The notes under the pieces are model-generated. The model was not told the origin of the DNA, did no database searches, and was given only the letters and a program-made list of their open reading frames with translations. Position numbers and translations under genes: made by a program. 64,000 nt of DNA. It comes from Chamaesiphon sp. (GTDB taxonomy: Bacteria > Cyanobacteriota > Cyanobacteriia > Cyanobacteriales > Chamaesiphonaceae). The stretch spans positions 32,001-96,000 of the forward strand of contig CBDFFH010000043.1 in assembly GCA_965246715.1 (NCBI GenBank). Reading direction: 5' to 3'. Below, in pieces: positions 39,247 through 49,897 of the stretch; positions within the stretch are counted from its first letter, which is position 1, and each line of letters begins with the position of its first letter.

Positions 39247-40032
39247 ATGAAAGAATATCAGTTTTTTGCTTGTGCTGACAGACCAGAAAAAGTTGAGGAG
39301 GTACTGCATTTTACCGAGTCGATCCGCAACAGTTCGAGTCAAGCTAATTTTGGCTGGCCGATCTTTGAGTTTCAGAGTTATTCCGGGAAAAAATATTGGC
39401 ATAGATTGCATCAGGATTTCGCAACATCTCAATTTTTTCTATCATTTAACGATCGAGTAATTGGTTCTTGTTTTTCGATTCCGTTCCATTGGCAAGGCGA
39501 TCGCGAAACTCTTCCCGCAGGATGGGACAAAGCGATCGAACGCGGCTTTTTGGATCGGGAAAATGGTGTTGTGGCCAATGCCCTTTCTTTGTTAGCGATT
39601 ACCGTTTCACCCGAACACCAGGGTCAGGGTCTGAGCAAACTGATCGTCAGTCAGATGAAGGCTCATGTGCTGGCAAATAATCTCGAATATCTTGTTGCCC
39701 CCGTCCGACCAGTACTCAAGCAATTTTATCCGCTTGCCGCGATCGCTGAATATGCGGAATGGAAAACTAAAGAGGGAAAAGTTTTCGATCCTTGGTTGAG
39801 AGTGCATCTTTCGATGGGAGCGAGTTTAGTTAAGTTCGCACATCAATCCCTAACTATCGGTGGAACTGTAGCCGAGTGGGAAAGTTGGTCGGGGATGAAG
39901 TTTCCAGCCAGTGGTGATTATGTCGTTCCTGGTGCGCTATCAACGATTAATGTTTCGGTTGAAAACGATCGCGGTACCTATCATCAACCAAATATCTGGC
40001 TGCAACACGATCTGACAACTAGCAATGCTTGA
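39247..40032 (+). CDS. GNAT-fold acyltransferase
   Basis: ITVSPEHQGQGLS, APVRP, FDPWLRVH. Confidence 0.8.
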   Translation: MKEYQFFACADRPEKVEEVLHFTESIRNSSSQANFGWPIFEFQSYSGKKYWHRLHQDFATSQFFLSFNDRVIGSCFSIPFHWQGDRETLPAGWDKAIERGFLDRENGVVANALSLLAITVSPEHQGQGLSKLIVSQMKAHVLANNLEYLVAPVRPVLKQFYPLAAIAEYAEWKTKEGKVFDPWLRVHLSMGASLVKFAHQSLTIGGTVAEWESWSGMKFPASGDYVVPGALSTINVSVENDRGTYHQPNIWLQHDLTTSNA

Positions 40033-40070
40033 ATGCTAACGGTACCAATCTAGATACATTAACTACTAAC

Positions 40071-40105
40071 AACTACCTAGCTCGATCGAGCTAGGTAGTT
40101 TTTTT
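40071..40105 (+). terminator. Rho-independent terminator
   Basis: AACTACCTAGCTCGATCGAGCTAGGTAGTT followed by a T-tract. Confidence 0.75.
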
Positions 40106-40292
40106 GGCAATCGGCTTAGAAATTGGTGCCAAGCGAACCAGTGGTTTAGCTGGCGACTAAATCGCGCCAGCCACCCCTATCGGTAATTCGATGGCAAAAT
40201 GTAGCAAAACGAACATATTTTGCGAATATTGCTAGATCGAGTAGCTAGTTGGGTACTTTGGAAATATAAGGATTGGTACCATAGAGCATGAT

Positions 40293-41492
40293 ATGAATGG
40301 ATTAACTGCAACGGCAGACCAGTTCTCATTTCCAGCACGAGAACTCCCACAACGACTATTAGCACATATTCAAGCTGGAACGACTGGAGCTTGGGAGCAT
40401 CAATTCGATCGACTGGCAGATCGATCGGCACCTTTAGTCTGGAACGTCGGGATTACCAACGGTCGAATCGTGTATGCGGGGACTAGAACTTGGTCGACAC
40501 AGACATTGTTGCGAGTCACGCAGCGATATGTCTTCAATACTCGTCATTCCTTGGTCAAGCCCCGCTTTGAGTTACTAAAGGTCAAAGTTGATGAAAAAGC
40601 ATTAACTCCAGCGCAATTATTGGCAGATACGATCCAAGCCAGAATTTGTGATGAGGCTCAGATTGTCAAAGCGATCGAAACAAAAATTTTAAACGATCTA
40701 GACATCTATTTATCAATGGGAGCAGGTCAAGCGAAATTTATTCCCGAGCCAGACTTAGCGACTCAGATGCCGCTCAGTGGTTTCGATCCCAAGCTGCTAT
40801 TTGCTGAAGCAGTCCGCCGTCAGGCGCTCTGGGAAGATCTCAAGCCACAAATACCTTCAATGGATCTAGTCCCACTCCTCGATCCAGAGATGATGGCAAA
40901 GGCCAAAATTCCCGCAGGACAACAACAGCGAATTGAAAATTTGGTGAAACTTGGCAATAGTCTTAGCTCGATTGCTGAGGAGATGGCTAGAGATACATTA
41001 GAAATTGCGGATATGTTTGCCAAGCTGGCAAGAGTGGGTATAGTCCGGTTCGCGCCAACAGAGGATGATAAATCCGTCACGATTATGGCGATCGACGACT
41101 CACCGCTGATGCTGACTCAATTCGAGCGATTGGTATCGGCGATGGGTTATTCGGTTGTCGTCTGTCAAGAAGCAGAAAAAGCGATCGAGACGATGCTGCG
41201 AGTCAAGCCAGTCGCAGTATTTATCGATTTGAATATGCCTGGTATTTCGGGATTCGAGCTGATAAAAAAAATTCGGCAACAACCCCAACTCAGCACCATG
41301 CCGATCGCAATTTTGACTGGGGAACAAAAAGTCGCCAATCGGTGGCGCGCTCAGTGGAGTGGGTGCGAATTTCTCACCAAACCGCTGACGACGGGTGCAA
41401 CGCAAGATTTTCAGGCACAGCTTGAAGAATTACTCCCCAAGCTCCTCAAGACAGCTACTACCTTCACCACCAAATCTTATTCACAAAACTAA
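40293..41492 (+). CDS. PatA-family response regulator
   Basis: N-terminal PATAN-like region plus C-terminal receiver (IDDS, IDLNMP, TKP); first gene of the taxis cluster. Confidence 0.85.
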   Translation: MNGLTATADQFSFPARELPQRLLAHIQAGTTGAWEHQFDRLADRSAPLVWNVGITNGRIVYAGTRTWSTQTLLRVTQRYVFNTRHSLVKPRFELLKVKVDEKALTPAQLLADTIQARICDEAQIVKAIETKILNDLDIYLSMGAGQAKFIPEPDLATQMPLSGFDPKLLFAEAVRRQALWEDLKPQIPSMDLVPLLDPEMMAKAKIPAGQQQRIENLVKLGNSLSSIAEEMARDTLEIADMFAKLARVGIVRFAPTEDDKSVTIMAIDDSPLMLTQFERLVSAMGYSVVVCQEAEKAIETMLRVKPVAVFIDLNMPGISGFELIKKIRQQPQLSTMPIAILTGEQKVANRWRAQWSGCEFLTKPLTTGATQDFQAQLEELLPKLLKTATTFTTKSYSQN

Positions 41493-41505
41493 AGGTATCG
41501 AAATC

Positions 41506-41868
41506 ATGCGCTTTTTAATTATCGATGACAGCTCTGTAGATCGACATGCTCTGGCTTCAGTTTTAACTATCCTCGGCCATAGTGTAGACCAATGCGATAG
41601 TCCAGTGGAAGCACTAACAACAATTGAAGCTGGGACTTACGATCTGGTGTTCTTGGATGTTGTTATGCCCGAACAAGATGGCTATAAATTCTTGAGATCG
41701 ATCCGCCTCAATCCCAAGACAGCAAATCAATATGTGGTTTTTTGCTCTAGTAAGAAAACGCCGATCGAGGTTGATTATGGCATCAAACGTGCTGGTGCGA
41801 ATGATTATTTGCCCAAGCCAGTCAGCCGTGAAAATGTCGAGCAAATCTTACAAAGAATTCCTGCATAA
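41506..41868 (+). CDS. CheY-like response regulator
   Basis: IIDDS, LDVVMP, LPKP. Confidence 0.9.
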   Translation: MRFLIIDDSSVDRHALASVLTILGHSVDQCDSPVEALTTIEAGTYDLVFLDVVMPEQDGYKFLRSIRLNPKTANQYVVFCSSKKTPIEVDYGIKRAGANDYLPKPVSRENVEQILQRIPA

Positions 41869-41883
41869 TACCGTTAATTAATT

Positions 41884-42351
41884 ATGACTGCTATTACTCC
41901 CGATCGGACTAGTGAAGTTACGCCCCAAACAGCACTAGCGGATCGTTTTATTTTGACTGAAGTAGAACGATTGACGCTAGTATTTCCGGCTGTCTGGGTA
42001 GCAGAAATCTTGAGGCTCGATCGCGCGCAGATTCTCGATTTGCCATTTTACAATCCCCTACTAGCCGGAATTGTCAACTATAACGGACAGATTACACCCC
42101 TAATTGCTGCCGCGCGATTGCTCGATTTAGCAACTGCGAGCTTACGCGAACGCTTGCTGGTGGTGCGACTCAATCGCACAGCCGGAAAATTAGCCACTGT
42201 CGGCATCATCGTCGATCGGGCGATCGGTAGTAGTACCCGATCCCAATTACCTGCCAATCTATTTGCCGCAGATCCAAGTCCTGCCGAAATGCGCCTAATC
42301 GATCCAGAATTAGTGCCCGCCAACTTATGGCAGCCACAACGCTGGCGCTAA
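41884..42351 (+). CDS. cheW: CheW-like coupling protein
   Basis: VAEIL...LPFY..LLAGIVNYNGQI...VGIIVD. Confidence 0.85.
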   Translation: MTAITPDRTSEVTPQTALADRFILTEVERLTLVFPAVWVAEILRLDRAQILDLPFYNPLLAGIVNYNGQITPLIAAARLLDLATASLRERLLVVRLNRTAGKLATVGIIVDRAIGSSTRSQLPANLFAADPSPAEMRLIDPELVPANLWQPQRWR

Positions 42352-42398
42352 TCATAAACGATCGTGAATTTAATATCCAGTAATCTTTAATCTCTCTC

Positions 42399-44360
42399 AT
42401 GAATAGCATCCCCCCGCAATCCCAAGTTGACGACAAACAGGACTCAATATCTCGCAATCCATTGCAGCGCGTCAATACATTTGTCCGCGATAACTTAGTC
42501 AGCACGATTGTGGTGACGATTTCTGGGAGTTTGCTGCTGACTGGGGCATCAACGTGGAATATTTGGACTATCTACAACGGATTTCAATCGACAGTTGCCA
42601 AACAATTCGAGCTAGAAAAACTTAGTAAAGATCTCGTCTATCAGGATGAATTTCTCACGATGTCAGCGCGGATGCTCACGAGTACGGGGGATCTACAATG
42701 GGAAACTCGTTACAACAAAATGCTGCCAGTAACCGATGCAGCCCTTAAAAATCTCTTAGCTAATGTCAGTGTCGAACTCAGACAAGAGGCTGCCAAAAAT
42801 GATGCATCGGCAAGCAAGCTGGTGGCGATGGAAGATAAAGCTTTCAAATTGGTACATCAAGGCAAGCAAAAAGCAGCTTTTGAAATTCTCGCTGGCACAG
42901 AATATGCCACTCAGAAGAAGATCTTTAGTGAAGGTAACGACTTAGTTTTCGCCAAAATTGAGAAATCGATTCAGGCAGAACTCGATCGTTACCAGCAGCA
43001 GTTATCGATCGCGATTGTTAGTGCAATTACAACTTTACCGATCTTGATGGCTAGTTGGTTGTTGGTATTAACTGCAGTCCGCAGTTATATTCGCGATCGA
43101 CAGCTCGCGATCGTCGAAATCGAACAGTCACGATCGAATTTAGTCGATCTCAATGACGCTCTCGCCAAAGAATCTCAGATTCGGCAACAGCAGGAGCAGA
43201 TCGTGCGCGCAGAACGCGATGTCTTGCAACAAGATATCGGCCAATTATTAGATGTAGTCTGCGAGATCGAGTCTGGAGATTTTACCATCCAGGCTGAGGT
43301 AAACGATCGCGCTACCGGATTAGTGAGCGACACACTCAATCGCCTCGTAGAGGCATTGGGAGCGGTCATGTCTCAAGTATCGACGGGTGCTCGACAAGTC
43401 GCCCTCAACAGCACCCAGCAGGATAAGTTAGCTGCGGATGTCGCACGCAATACCAGCGCTCAAGCCTTATCGGTAAATCGAGTTTTAACTTTAACAGAAA
43501 CCGTTCGCACATCGGCAAATATTGCAGCAACTCAGTTAGCCGATACCGATCGATCGGTTGCCTCGCTCCAATCTGCCGTTACCGAAGGGGAAATCGCGAT
43601 CGAGTCACTCGATCGCGAAATCAATGTCTTACAGCAAGGTAGCGACCGGATCGTACAACAGATGAAAGCACTGGGCGAATTTGTCGGACTAGCCGACAAG
43701 TTCGTTTACGACCAAACTGATATTGCCACCCAGACGCAAGTATTGGCGCTCAATGCCTCGCTAGTTGCCGCCCGCGCCGCCGAACAGCGCGATCCCAAAC
43801 AGTTTGAAGCGGTTGCCCGCGAATTTGAATCAATCGCCTCTCAAGTCAGTCAATTAGCCCAACAAACCAATGAGGGTCTGACGAGTCTCGAGCAACGCAA
43901 CACCCAGATCGAGCGCGTCGTCTCTGATGTCGATGGCGAAGTCCAACGCTTGGGTGGCTTGGTAAATAGCTTTACACAAGGTGTTAAACAAACCCGTGAA
44001 GTCTTCGCTACCGTCCAATCGGTAACCGGAACGGTAGTTAAAGCTGGTGAAGTTGTCTCCCAAACCAGCCAAACAATTATCAGTTCTGCTGAATCTACCG
44101 CCCAATCGATCGCCGCAATTGCCACCTTATCCACCCAAATCGACGAGCAATCCCAATCAGCTCGATCGATTTCTACCGAGATGAGCGATTTATCAACCCG
44201 ACTCCTGAATACGATCCAAATCTTCAAATTACCCGCCGCTAGCCCCAGCGATCTAACTGCTGTTGCCGAGCTGGAACTTTTACCCTTAACTTCCGCAGCC
44301 GTTATTACGAACTTAGAAACTGAAGCTCCAGCTTTAGAGCACGATTATCAATTCAACTAA
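42399..44360 (+). CDS. Methyl-accepting chemotaxis protein 1
   Basis: Two TM helices, periplasmic helical sensor, HAMP, QTQVLALNASLVAARA. Confidence 0.9.
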   Translation: MNSIPPQSQVDDKQDSISRNPLQRVNTFVRDNLVSTIVVTISGSLLLTGASTWNIWTIYNGFQSTVAKQFELEKLSKDLVYQDEFLTMSARMLTSTGDLQWETRYNKMLPVTDAALKNLLANVSVELRQEAAKNDASASKLVAMEDKAFKLVHQGKQKAAFEILAGTEYATQKKIFSEGNDLVFAKIEKSIQAELDRYQQQLSIAIVSAITTLPILMASWLLVLTAVRSYIRDRQLAIVEIEQSRSNLVDLNDALAKESQIRQQQEQIVRAERDVLQQDIGQLLDVVCEIESGDFTIQAEVNDRATGLVSDTLNRLVEALGAVMSQVSTGARQVALNSTQQDKLAADVARNTSAQALSVNRVLTLTETVRTSANIAATQLADTDRSVASLQSAVTEGEIAIESLDREINVLQQGSDRIVQQMKALGEFVGLADKFVYDQTDIATQTQVLALNASLVAARAAEQRDPKQFEAVAREFESIASQVSQLAQQTNEGLTSLEQRNTQIERVVSDVDGEVQRLGGLVNSFTQGVKQTREVFATVQSVTGTVVKAGEVVSQTSQTIISSAESTAQSIAAIATLSTQIDEQSQSARSISTEMSDLSTRLLNTIQIFKLPAASPSDLTAVAELELLPLTSAAVITNLETEAPALEHDYQFN

Positions 44361-44395
44361 TACATAAATTGACTACTGACTAATCCCTATCCCCT

Positions 44396-46321
44396 ATGAA
44401 CGGTAACTCAATGCAAACCCAACCTAACGAAGGACAATCGCACAGCCCATTACAGGGATTACGGAAATTTGTTGGTGCTAACTTAGTCAGTACGATTACC
44501 GCCACGATCGTGGGCAGTTTATTACTGACAGGGATATCGACTTTTAATGTTTGGAGTATCTATAACGGCTTCCAATCGACGATCTCCAAACAGTTCGAGC
44601 TACGAAAAATTAGTGATACGTTGGTTTATCAGGATGAAGTGCTCACGATGTCTGCACGGATGCTTGTGAGTACAGGCGATTTGCAGTGGGAAACTCGTTA
44701 TGCAAAAATGGTTCCGGAAGCTGAAGCAACACTCAAAACTTTCAAAGCCAGTCTCTCGAAACAACTGTTACTAGATGCAGAGCAAGCTAATAGCACGTCT
44801 GAAAAATTGTTTGCCATTGAAACTAAAGCTTTTAAATTGGTCAAACAAGGTAAGCAAAAGGAAGCTTACCAATTACTAGTTGGTAATGAATACGAAATCC
44901 AAAAGAAAATCTATGGTGATGTAAACAACAAGGTTTTAGCCACAGTAGATAAATCGATCGAGCAAGAACTCAAAGATTATCAACAGCAGCTATTTATCTC
45001 GATCGCGTTTGCTGGAGTAACTTTACCCTTGTCGATCGGTAGTTGGTTATTAGTTTTATCGGCAGTTCGAGACTATATTCGCGATCGACAAGCAGCTCAA
45101 GCCGAGATCGTGGCATCTCAAGCGGATTTACTCCAGCTCAACACTCGACTATCTGAAGAAGCGGGATTTAGGGCGGCACAGGAGCAACAAGTTCGCACGG
45201 AAAGCGAACTGCTCCAAACGGATGTCGGGCATATTTTGGATGTAGTATGCTCGATCGAAGCAGGCGATCTCACCGTACAGGCGGACGTGAATGAGCGCGT
45301 GACGGGATTGGTATCCGATACGCTCAACCGATCGATCGAATCGCTCGATCGGATTATCTCAACGGTAGTAAATACCGCACGCAGCGTCACCGATAATGCC
45401 AGTCAACTCGAAGGTGTGGCACTGGAAACAGCCCAACAAGCCCAATCGCAGGCGATCGAAGTGCGATCGATCCAAGTCTTGATGGATAAAGTTAATACCC
45501 TGACCGCCGATTCGCGCCAGCAAGCGATCGAAACCGATGCTGTGGTGCAATTGTCAAAATCTGCCGTACTAGCTGGTCAACAGGCCATGCAAGATACTAC
45601 CGATGGGATCGCCACGCTCCAACAAGGTACCAACCAAATCGTCAAACGGACGGAACTACTAACTGAATTTGTGGACTTAGCCGCCCAATTTTCTAAAGAT
45701 CAAAAACGGGTAGCATCACTCACTCGCGTCCTCGCCCTCAACGCCTCCACCATCTCGACGCGGGCGATTAGAGAGCGAGATCCCGAACAATTTGCCAGCC
45801 TAGCCAAAGAGTTTGAAGCCATCGCCCGTCAAGTTAGCACGCTGGCGATGGATACCAATTCCAGTCTTGTTTCGCTCCAACAACGTACCGAACGAGTGCA
45901 AACTGTTACTTCTGGATTGACTCAGGATGTCGGCGAGATCGAGCAACTGGTGCAGAAATTTACTGGTGAGGTAAGTAAATCCCGCCAAGCATTTGACAAT
46001 ATTCAATCCGTTACCGATCGAGTCTCACTCATGGGCGAAAAAGTCAATGAGTCGAGCCAGGATATCGTCCAAGTTGTCAATGATACGCTCAAAGCCATTC
46101 AATCGATCGCTCAAATCGCTACAGTCACCGAGTCTAAAGCGACGATTACCCGCGAACGAGTTCAATCGATGGGTGACTTATCCCGCAAACTCTTAGAAAT
46201 GGTCGAATTCTTTAAGCTAACCGAAGCTAACTCGCCGCAACAACCGAACGGATTGCTGTCGCAGACAGCAATCGATCCAAGCCTTCACAGCCCAACAGAA
46301 CGCAATCTAATTAGCGTCTAA
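44396..46321 (+). CDS. Methyl-accepting chemotaxis protein 2 (paralog of MCP 1)
   Basis: Same architecture; TRVLALNAS; shared YQDE.LTMSARML.STGDLQWETRY. Confidence 0.9.
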   Translation: MNGNSMQTQPNEGQSHSPLQGLRKFVGANLVSTITATIVGSLLLTGISTFNVWSIYNGFQSTISKQFELRKISDTLVYQDEVLTMSARMLVSTGDLQWETRYAKMVPEAEATLKTFKASLSKQLLLDAEQANSTSEKLFAIETKAFKLVKQGKQKEAYQLLVGNEYEIQKKIYGDVNNKVLATVDKSIEQELKDYQQQLFISIAFAGVTLPLSIGSWLLVLSAVRDYIRDRQAAQAEIVASQADLLQLNTRLSEEAGFRAAQEQQVRTESELLQTDVGHILDVVCSIEAGDLTVQADVNERVTGLVSDTLNRSIESLDRIISTVVNTARSVTDNASQLEGVALETAQQAQSQAIEVRSIQVLMDKVNTLTADSRQQAIETDAVVQLSKSAVLAGQQAMQDTTDGIATLQQGTNQIVKRTELLTEFVDLAAQFSKDQKRVASLTRVLALNASTISTRAIRERDPEQFASLAKEFEAIARQVSTLAMDTNSSLVSLQQRTERVQTVTSGLTQDVGEIEQLVQKFTGEVSKSRQAFDNIQSVTDRVSLMGEKVNESSQDIVQVVNDTLKAIQSIAQIATVTESKATITRERVQSMGDLSRKLLEMVEFFKLTEANSPQQPNGLLSQTAIDPSLHSPTERNLISV

Positions 46322-46453
46322 CACATAACATGGTAATCCGCTCAAACCTAGATGGTGGGCAGTGCCCACCCTACTAATTTAGCTATTTATAACTTCACAG
46401 CCCAACAGAACGCAATCTAGTTAGCGTCGAACACATAACATAGTAATCCGCTC
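46283..46453. repeat. 61-bp direct duplication (46283-46343 and 46393-46453) bracketing a GGTGGGCAGTGCCCACC palindrome
   Basis: Direct reading; three mismatches between the copies. Confidence 0.85.
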
Positions 46454-46493
46454 TAAAGCCTAAAGCCTAACCCCTATCCCCTATCCCCTAACT

Positions 46494-49400
46494 ATGCCCT
46501 ATCCCTCAGACATGGATGCCGCCGAAGCCGAGTTGCAGCAAGAGTTGCGCGAAATGTTTGCGGTAGATACCCAACAACAATTAGAAACTTTTTTTAGCAC
46601 GATCGAGCATCTGAACGAACGATCGTGGCAACAAGATATTCAAGAAATTTATCGCGCCATCCATACGATTAAAGGTGGTGCGGTCACTGTCGCCGCCGAT
46701 GCGATGTTACATGCCGCGATCGTCTTAGAGGATATCCTTTCCGATCTCCGCTATCTAGAACAAGCTCCACCGTTAGCTGATGGTCAGTTACGGCGTATCC
46801 TGCTCGAAGCTGGAGAACTGCTCGATAGTAGTATTGAGATTACCGATCGCGGCACTGTCGCGATCGAGCTAGTCCAGCCCACAGTGCGCCGGTTGACCGA
46901 ACTGCGCGAGTCGATCGATCGACTCTACTTATCAGAATGGGATGAAAGCAGGCAGTTACACCAGGAATTTGCCGAGCAGGGTTTCGAGCTGGTGATCTTG
47001 CAACTGGAGATGGCGTTGGCACAGCTACCAATTGGCATCGTTCCAGCACCGACAATCGAGATCGCGCGCGCCACGGTCGTTCAACTAACTCAAATCGGTA
47101 ACGATATCGAACTAGCGGACGGTTGGAATATCGTCCTCGCAAGCTGCATCCAACTAATTGAAAAACCCGACAGTCAATTATGGCAGTCGCTTTGGTTTGA
47201 ATATTTTCAAATCTTAAAAACCTGTATCAAACATAGCGGTCAGCTAACTTCGATCGAGAGCGATAAATTAGATGTATTATTGCAAGAGTCATCATCGATC
47301 GCCAGCGCTCTAAATTTTGATAAAACTTTAATTTGCTCGGATCTAGAACTTGATTTCGACGCAACATTAATTCAAGCTGATATCGAGGGTACACATGAGT
47401 GCCTGGAGCGACAAGGCGGAGAATTACCAGATTTACTAGATCGCTTTTTTGAAGATGAAGCGATCGACTTTGAGCCGCTCGATGATTTGGCAACTTTAGA
47501 GCAGGAGACCTTAACCCCTGTCACTAGTGAATTTGATGACTCGATCGATGACTTACCAGATTTACTCGATGACTTCTTTCTCGACACAGATCTCCACCTA
47601 TTACCACTCGATCGATCGGAAATTTGTGCGGACAATCTAGCACATGAGTTGGCTACTGATGTTAGTATCGATCTTACCGATCTCCTCGATGATTTCTTTG
47701 TTGAAGCGGAACAGTCGCCGATCGCGGCGACATTAGAAGATCAACTACCTGAAGATGGATTAAATATCGAGATCGCGCCCACTGAATCCGATCGATCCGA
47801 GCGCGACATTAGAAATTTATTCGATGATTTATTTAGTGAAACAGACATCGAATCGAGCGCTAATACATCGCAACCAACCGAAGTTGCCGAGGATGAAATC
47901 GCACCCATATCGATCGTCGCGATGCCACAATCGCCTGAAGTTGCCAAACGCAGCATTCAAATCCCCGTTTCCCTCGAACGCCTCGACAAATCCGCCCAAC
48001 AAGTTGTCGATACGCTCCTAACAGCACGGGCGGTAACGAACGTCTCCAACCAACTGCAAGCCCAACTCAACCAACTCACCAGTCTCACCCAAGAAAGCGC
48101 CCAGTATGTTACGCGGCTGCGCCAACTCCAAGATGACTACGCCTTACTTCGCAACCTCAGCGACGATCGCGATTCGGGGAGTAATGTCACCCTCGAACGC
48201 TATCGACAAGGCTATACCACCATCAATCGCTTACTCGAAAACATCTTACGGATGTCTGAATTGGGGCAAGAAATCGAGACCGCCACTTATCAAAGCTCCA
48301 ATCGGCTAGAAGCACTCGATCGCAGTATTTTACGGCTCAAAGATGGGATCGAAACCAGCAGACTGATACCATTTCGGAACTTAACGCAGCGAGCAAAAGC
48401 GATTTTACGCGATCTGACCAATCGTTATGGTAAGCCAGCCGAACTCATCGTTCAGAACGAACGCGTCGAACTCGATGCTGGGATCGTGCAGCAATTGGAG
48501 CCAGTCTTGTTACACCTGCTGCGAAATGCTTACGATCATGGCTTAGAACCTATACAACAACGCGTAGCCGCCGGAAAATCCGCCCAAGGTAAGATTCAAG
48601 TCTCGATCGAACGGCTCGGCAATCGCTATCGCCTCATCGTCGCCGATGATGGTGGTGGGATCGATCCGACGCGCATCGCGGAGATCGCCCGATCGAAAGG
48701 CTTCCCACTCCAGCAAACGACTACTAATGCCGAACTGTTAGCCGTGCTCTGTCAGCCGGGATTTAGCTCTAGCAGTGCTGTCAGCGAAGTTTCTGGACGC
48801 GGCGTAGGCATGGATGTCGTCGTCACCCAAATTGCCAGTATCGGCGGCAGCTTGACCCTAGATACTCATAGCGGTCGGGGTACTACATTCGCGATCGAAG
48901 TTCCCGCACCACAATTATTAGTGCCTTGCATTCTCGTCCGCGTCGGCGAACGGATTGTCGCACTCCCCAGCGACGAAGTACTCGAAACCACACTCCTGAG
49001 TGCGATGGCTCCTCAGTTTACTCGCACTAACGATCTGGAGCTGTGTAATTGGACGCTTACAACAAACGAAAGTCAAGTCGCTGGCTACGATCTCGATAAT
49101 TATTGGCAACCAGCGCGGGCGAGCGAGGATAAGCTCGTCCAGCGTGCGTTCCCAGAGACGGCAATTTGTATTCGGACTCGCCAAGCCGATGGTACTCCAG
49201 AAATTTGGTCGATTGCCGACGATCTCATCGGCCAATCCGAACTGCTGATTAATCCCCTCCCCCAGCCGCTGATCGCCCCTGTAGGACTCTTGGGTGTCAG
49301 CCTCCAACCGGATGGTCGCTTGATTTCGATCCTCGATCCGATCGCACTCACGATCGCCATCGCCACCGCTCCTAGTCGATCTCAGAGCGCTAATTCAGCG

Positions 49401-49841
49401 ACAGTTGCCGCACAAACCCCTGCCGTTGGCGGAGCGGCCTACGACGAACAACGAGCCAAATCTACCGCACCCACCATCCTCGTCGTCGATGATGCCGCAA
49501 TGATGCGCCGCCGCTTTGAAGCCAGTCTGAATAACCACGGATTTATCGTCCATACCTGCAACGATGGCTTGGAAGCATTGAATTGGTTGCAAAACCATCC
49601 TCAACCAGATTTGATGATTACCGATGTAGAAATGCCCAATATGGATGGGTTCACGCTAATCGATCGCTGTCGTCAAGCAGACATCGCCATACCGATCCTC
49701 GTAGTTTCCTCCCGATTGTCTGAAGAGTGGGGCAAAGAAGCACGTCGCTTGGGCGCTACAGATTATCTCAACAAAGGTTTCTCGACTGCAGAATTGCTGC
49801 AGAAAGTGAATTCATTGTTGGAATTATTCACTAGTGGCTAG
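46494..49841 (+). CDS. cheA: CheA-like hybrid histidine kinase (Hpt-dimer-HATPase-CheW-REC)
   Basis: IHTIKGGA, HLLRNAYDHG, DDGGG, SGRGVGMDVV, C-terminal receiver. Confidence 0.93.
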   Translation: MPYPSDMDAAEAELQQELREMFAVDTQQQLETFFSTIEHLNERSWQQDIQEIYRAIHTIKGGAVTVAADAMLHAAIVLEDILSDLRYLEQAPPLADGQLRRILLEAGELLDSSIEITDRGTVAIELVQPTVRRLTELRESIDRLYLSEWDESRQLHQEFAEQGFELVILQLEMALAQLPIGIVPAPTIEIARATVVQLTQIGNDIELADGWNIVLASCIQLIEKPDSQLWQSLWFEYFQILKTCIKHSGQLTSIESDKLDVLLQESSSIASALNFDKTLICSDLELDFDATLIQADIEGTHECLERQGGELPDLLDRFFEDEAIDFEPLDDLATLEQETLTPVTSEFDDSIDDLPDLLDDFFLDTDLHLLPLDRSEICADNLAHELATDVSIDLTDLLDDFFVEAEQSPIAATLEDQLPEDGLNIEIAPTESDRSERDIRNLFDDLFSETDIESSANTSQPTEVAEDEIAPISIVAMPQSPEVAKRSIQIPVSLERLDKSAQQVVDTLLTARAVTNVSNQLQAQLNQLTSLTQESAQYVTRLRQLQDDYALLRNLSDDRDSGSNVTLERYRQGYTTINRLLENILRMSELGQEIETATYQSSNRLEALDRSILRLKDGIETSRLIPFRNLTQRAKAILRDLTNRYGKPAELIVQNERVELDAGIVQQLEPVLLHLLRNAYDHGLEPIQQRVAAGKSAQGKIQVSIERLGNRYRLIVADDGGGIDPTRIAEIARSKGFPLQQTTTNAELLAVLCQPGFSSSSAVSEVSGRGVGMDVVVTQIASIGGSLTLDTHSGRGTTFAIEVPAPQLLVPCILVRVGERIVALPSDEVLETTLLSAMAPQFTRTNDLELCNWTLTTNESQVAGYDLDNYWQPARASEDKLVQRAFPETAICIRTRQADGTPEIWSIADDLIGQSELLINPLPQPLIAPVGLLGVSLQPDGRLISILDPIALTIAIATAPSRSQSANSATVAAQTPAVGGAAYDEQRAKSTAPTILVVDDAAMMRRRFEASLNNHGFIVHTCNDGLEALNWLQNHPQPDLMITDVEMPNMDGFTLIDRCRQADIAIPILVVSSRLSEEWGKEARRLGATDYLNKGFSTAELLQKVNSLLELFTSG

Positions 49842-49854
49842 CGACCAGAACAAA

Positions 49855-49883
49855 AGAGGGGTGATTCAGTGAATCGCCCCTCT
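49855..49883. terminator. Hairpin between convergent cheA and purF
   Basis: AGAGGGGTGATTCAGTGAATCGCCCCTCT. Confidence 0.65.
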
Positions 49884-49897
49884 GTTCATAATTTATC

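Noticed and set aside
40293..49841. Chemotaxis-like cluster as a novel system
   Set aside because: PatA-CheY-CheW-MCP-MCP-CheA is a standard cyanobacterial taxis/pilus operon layout
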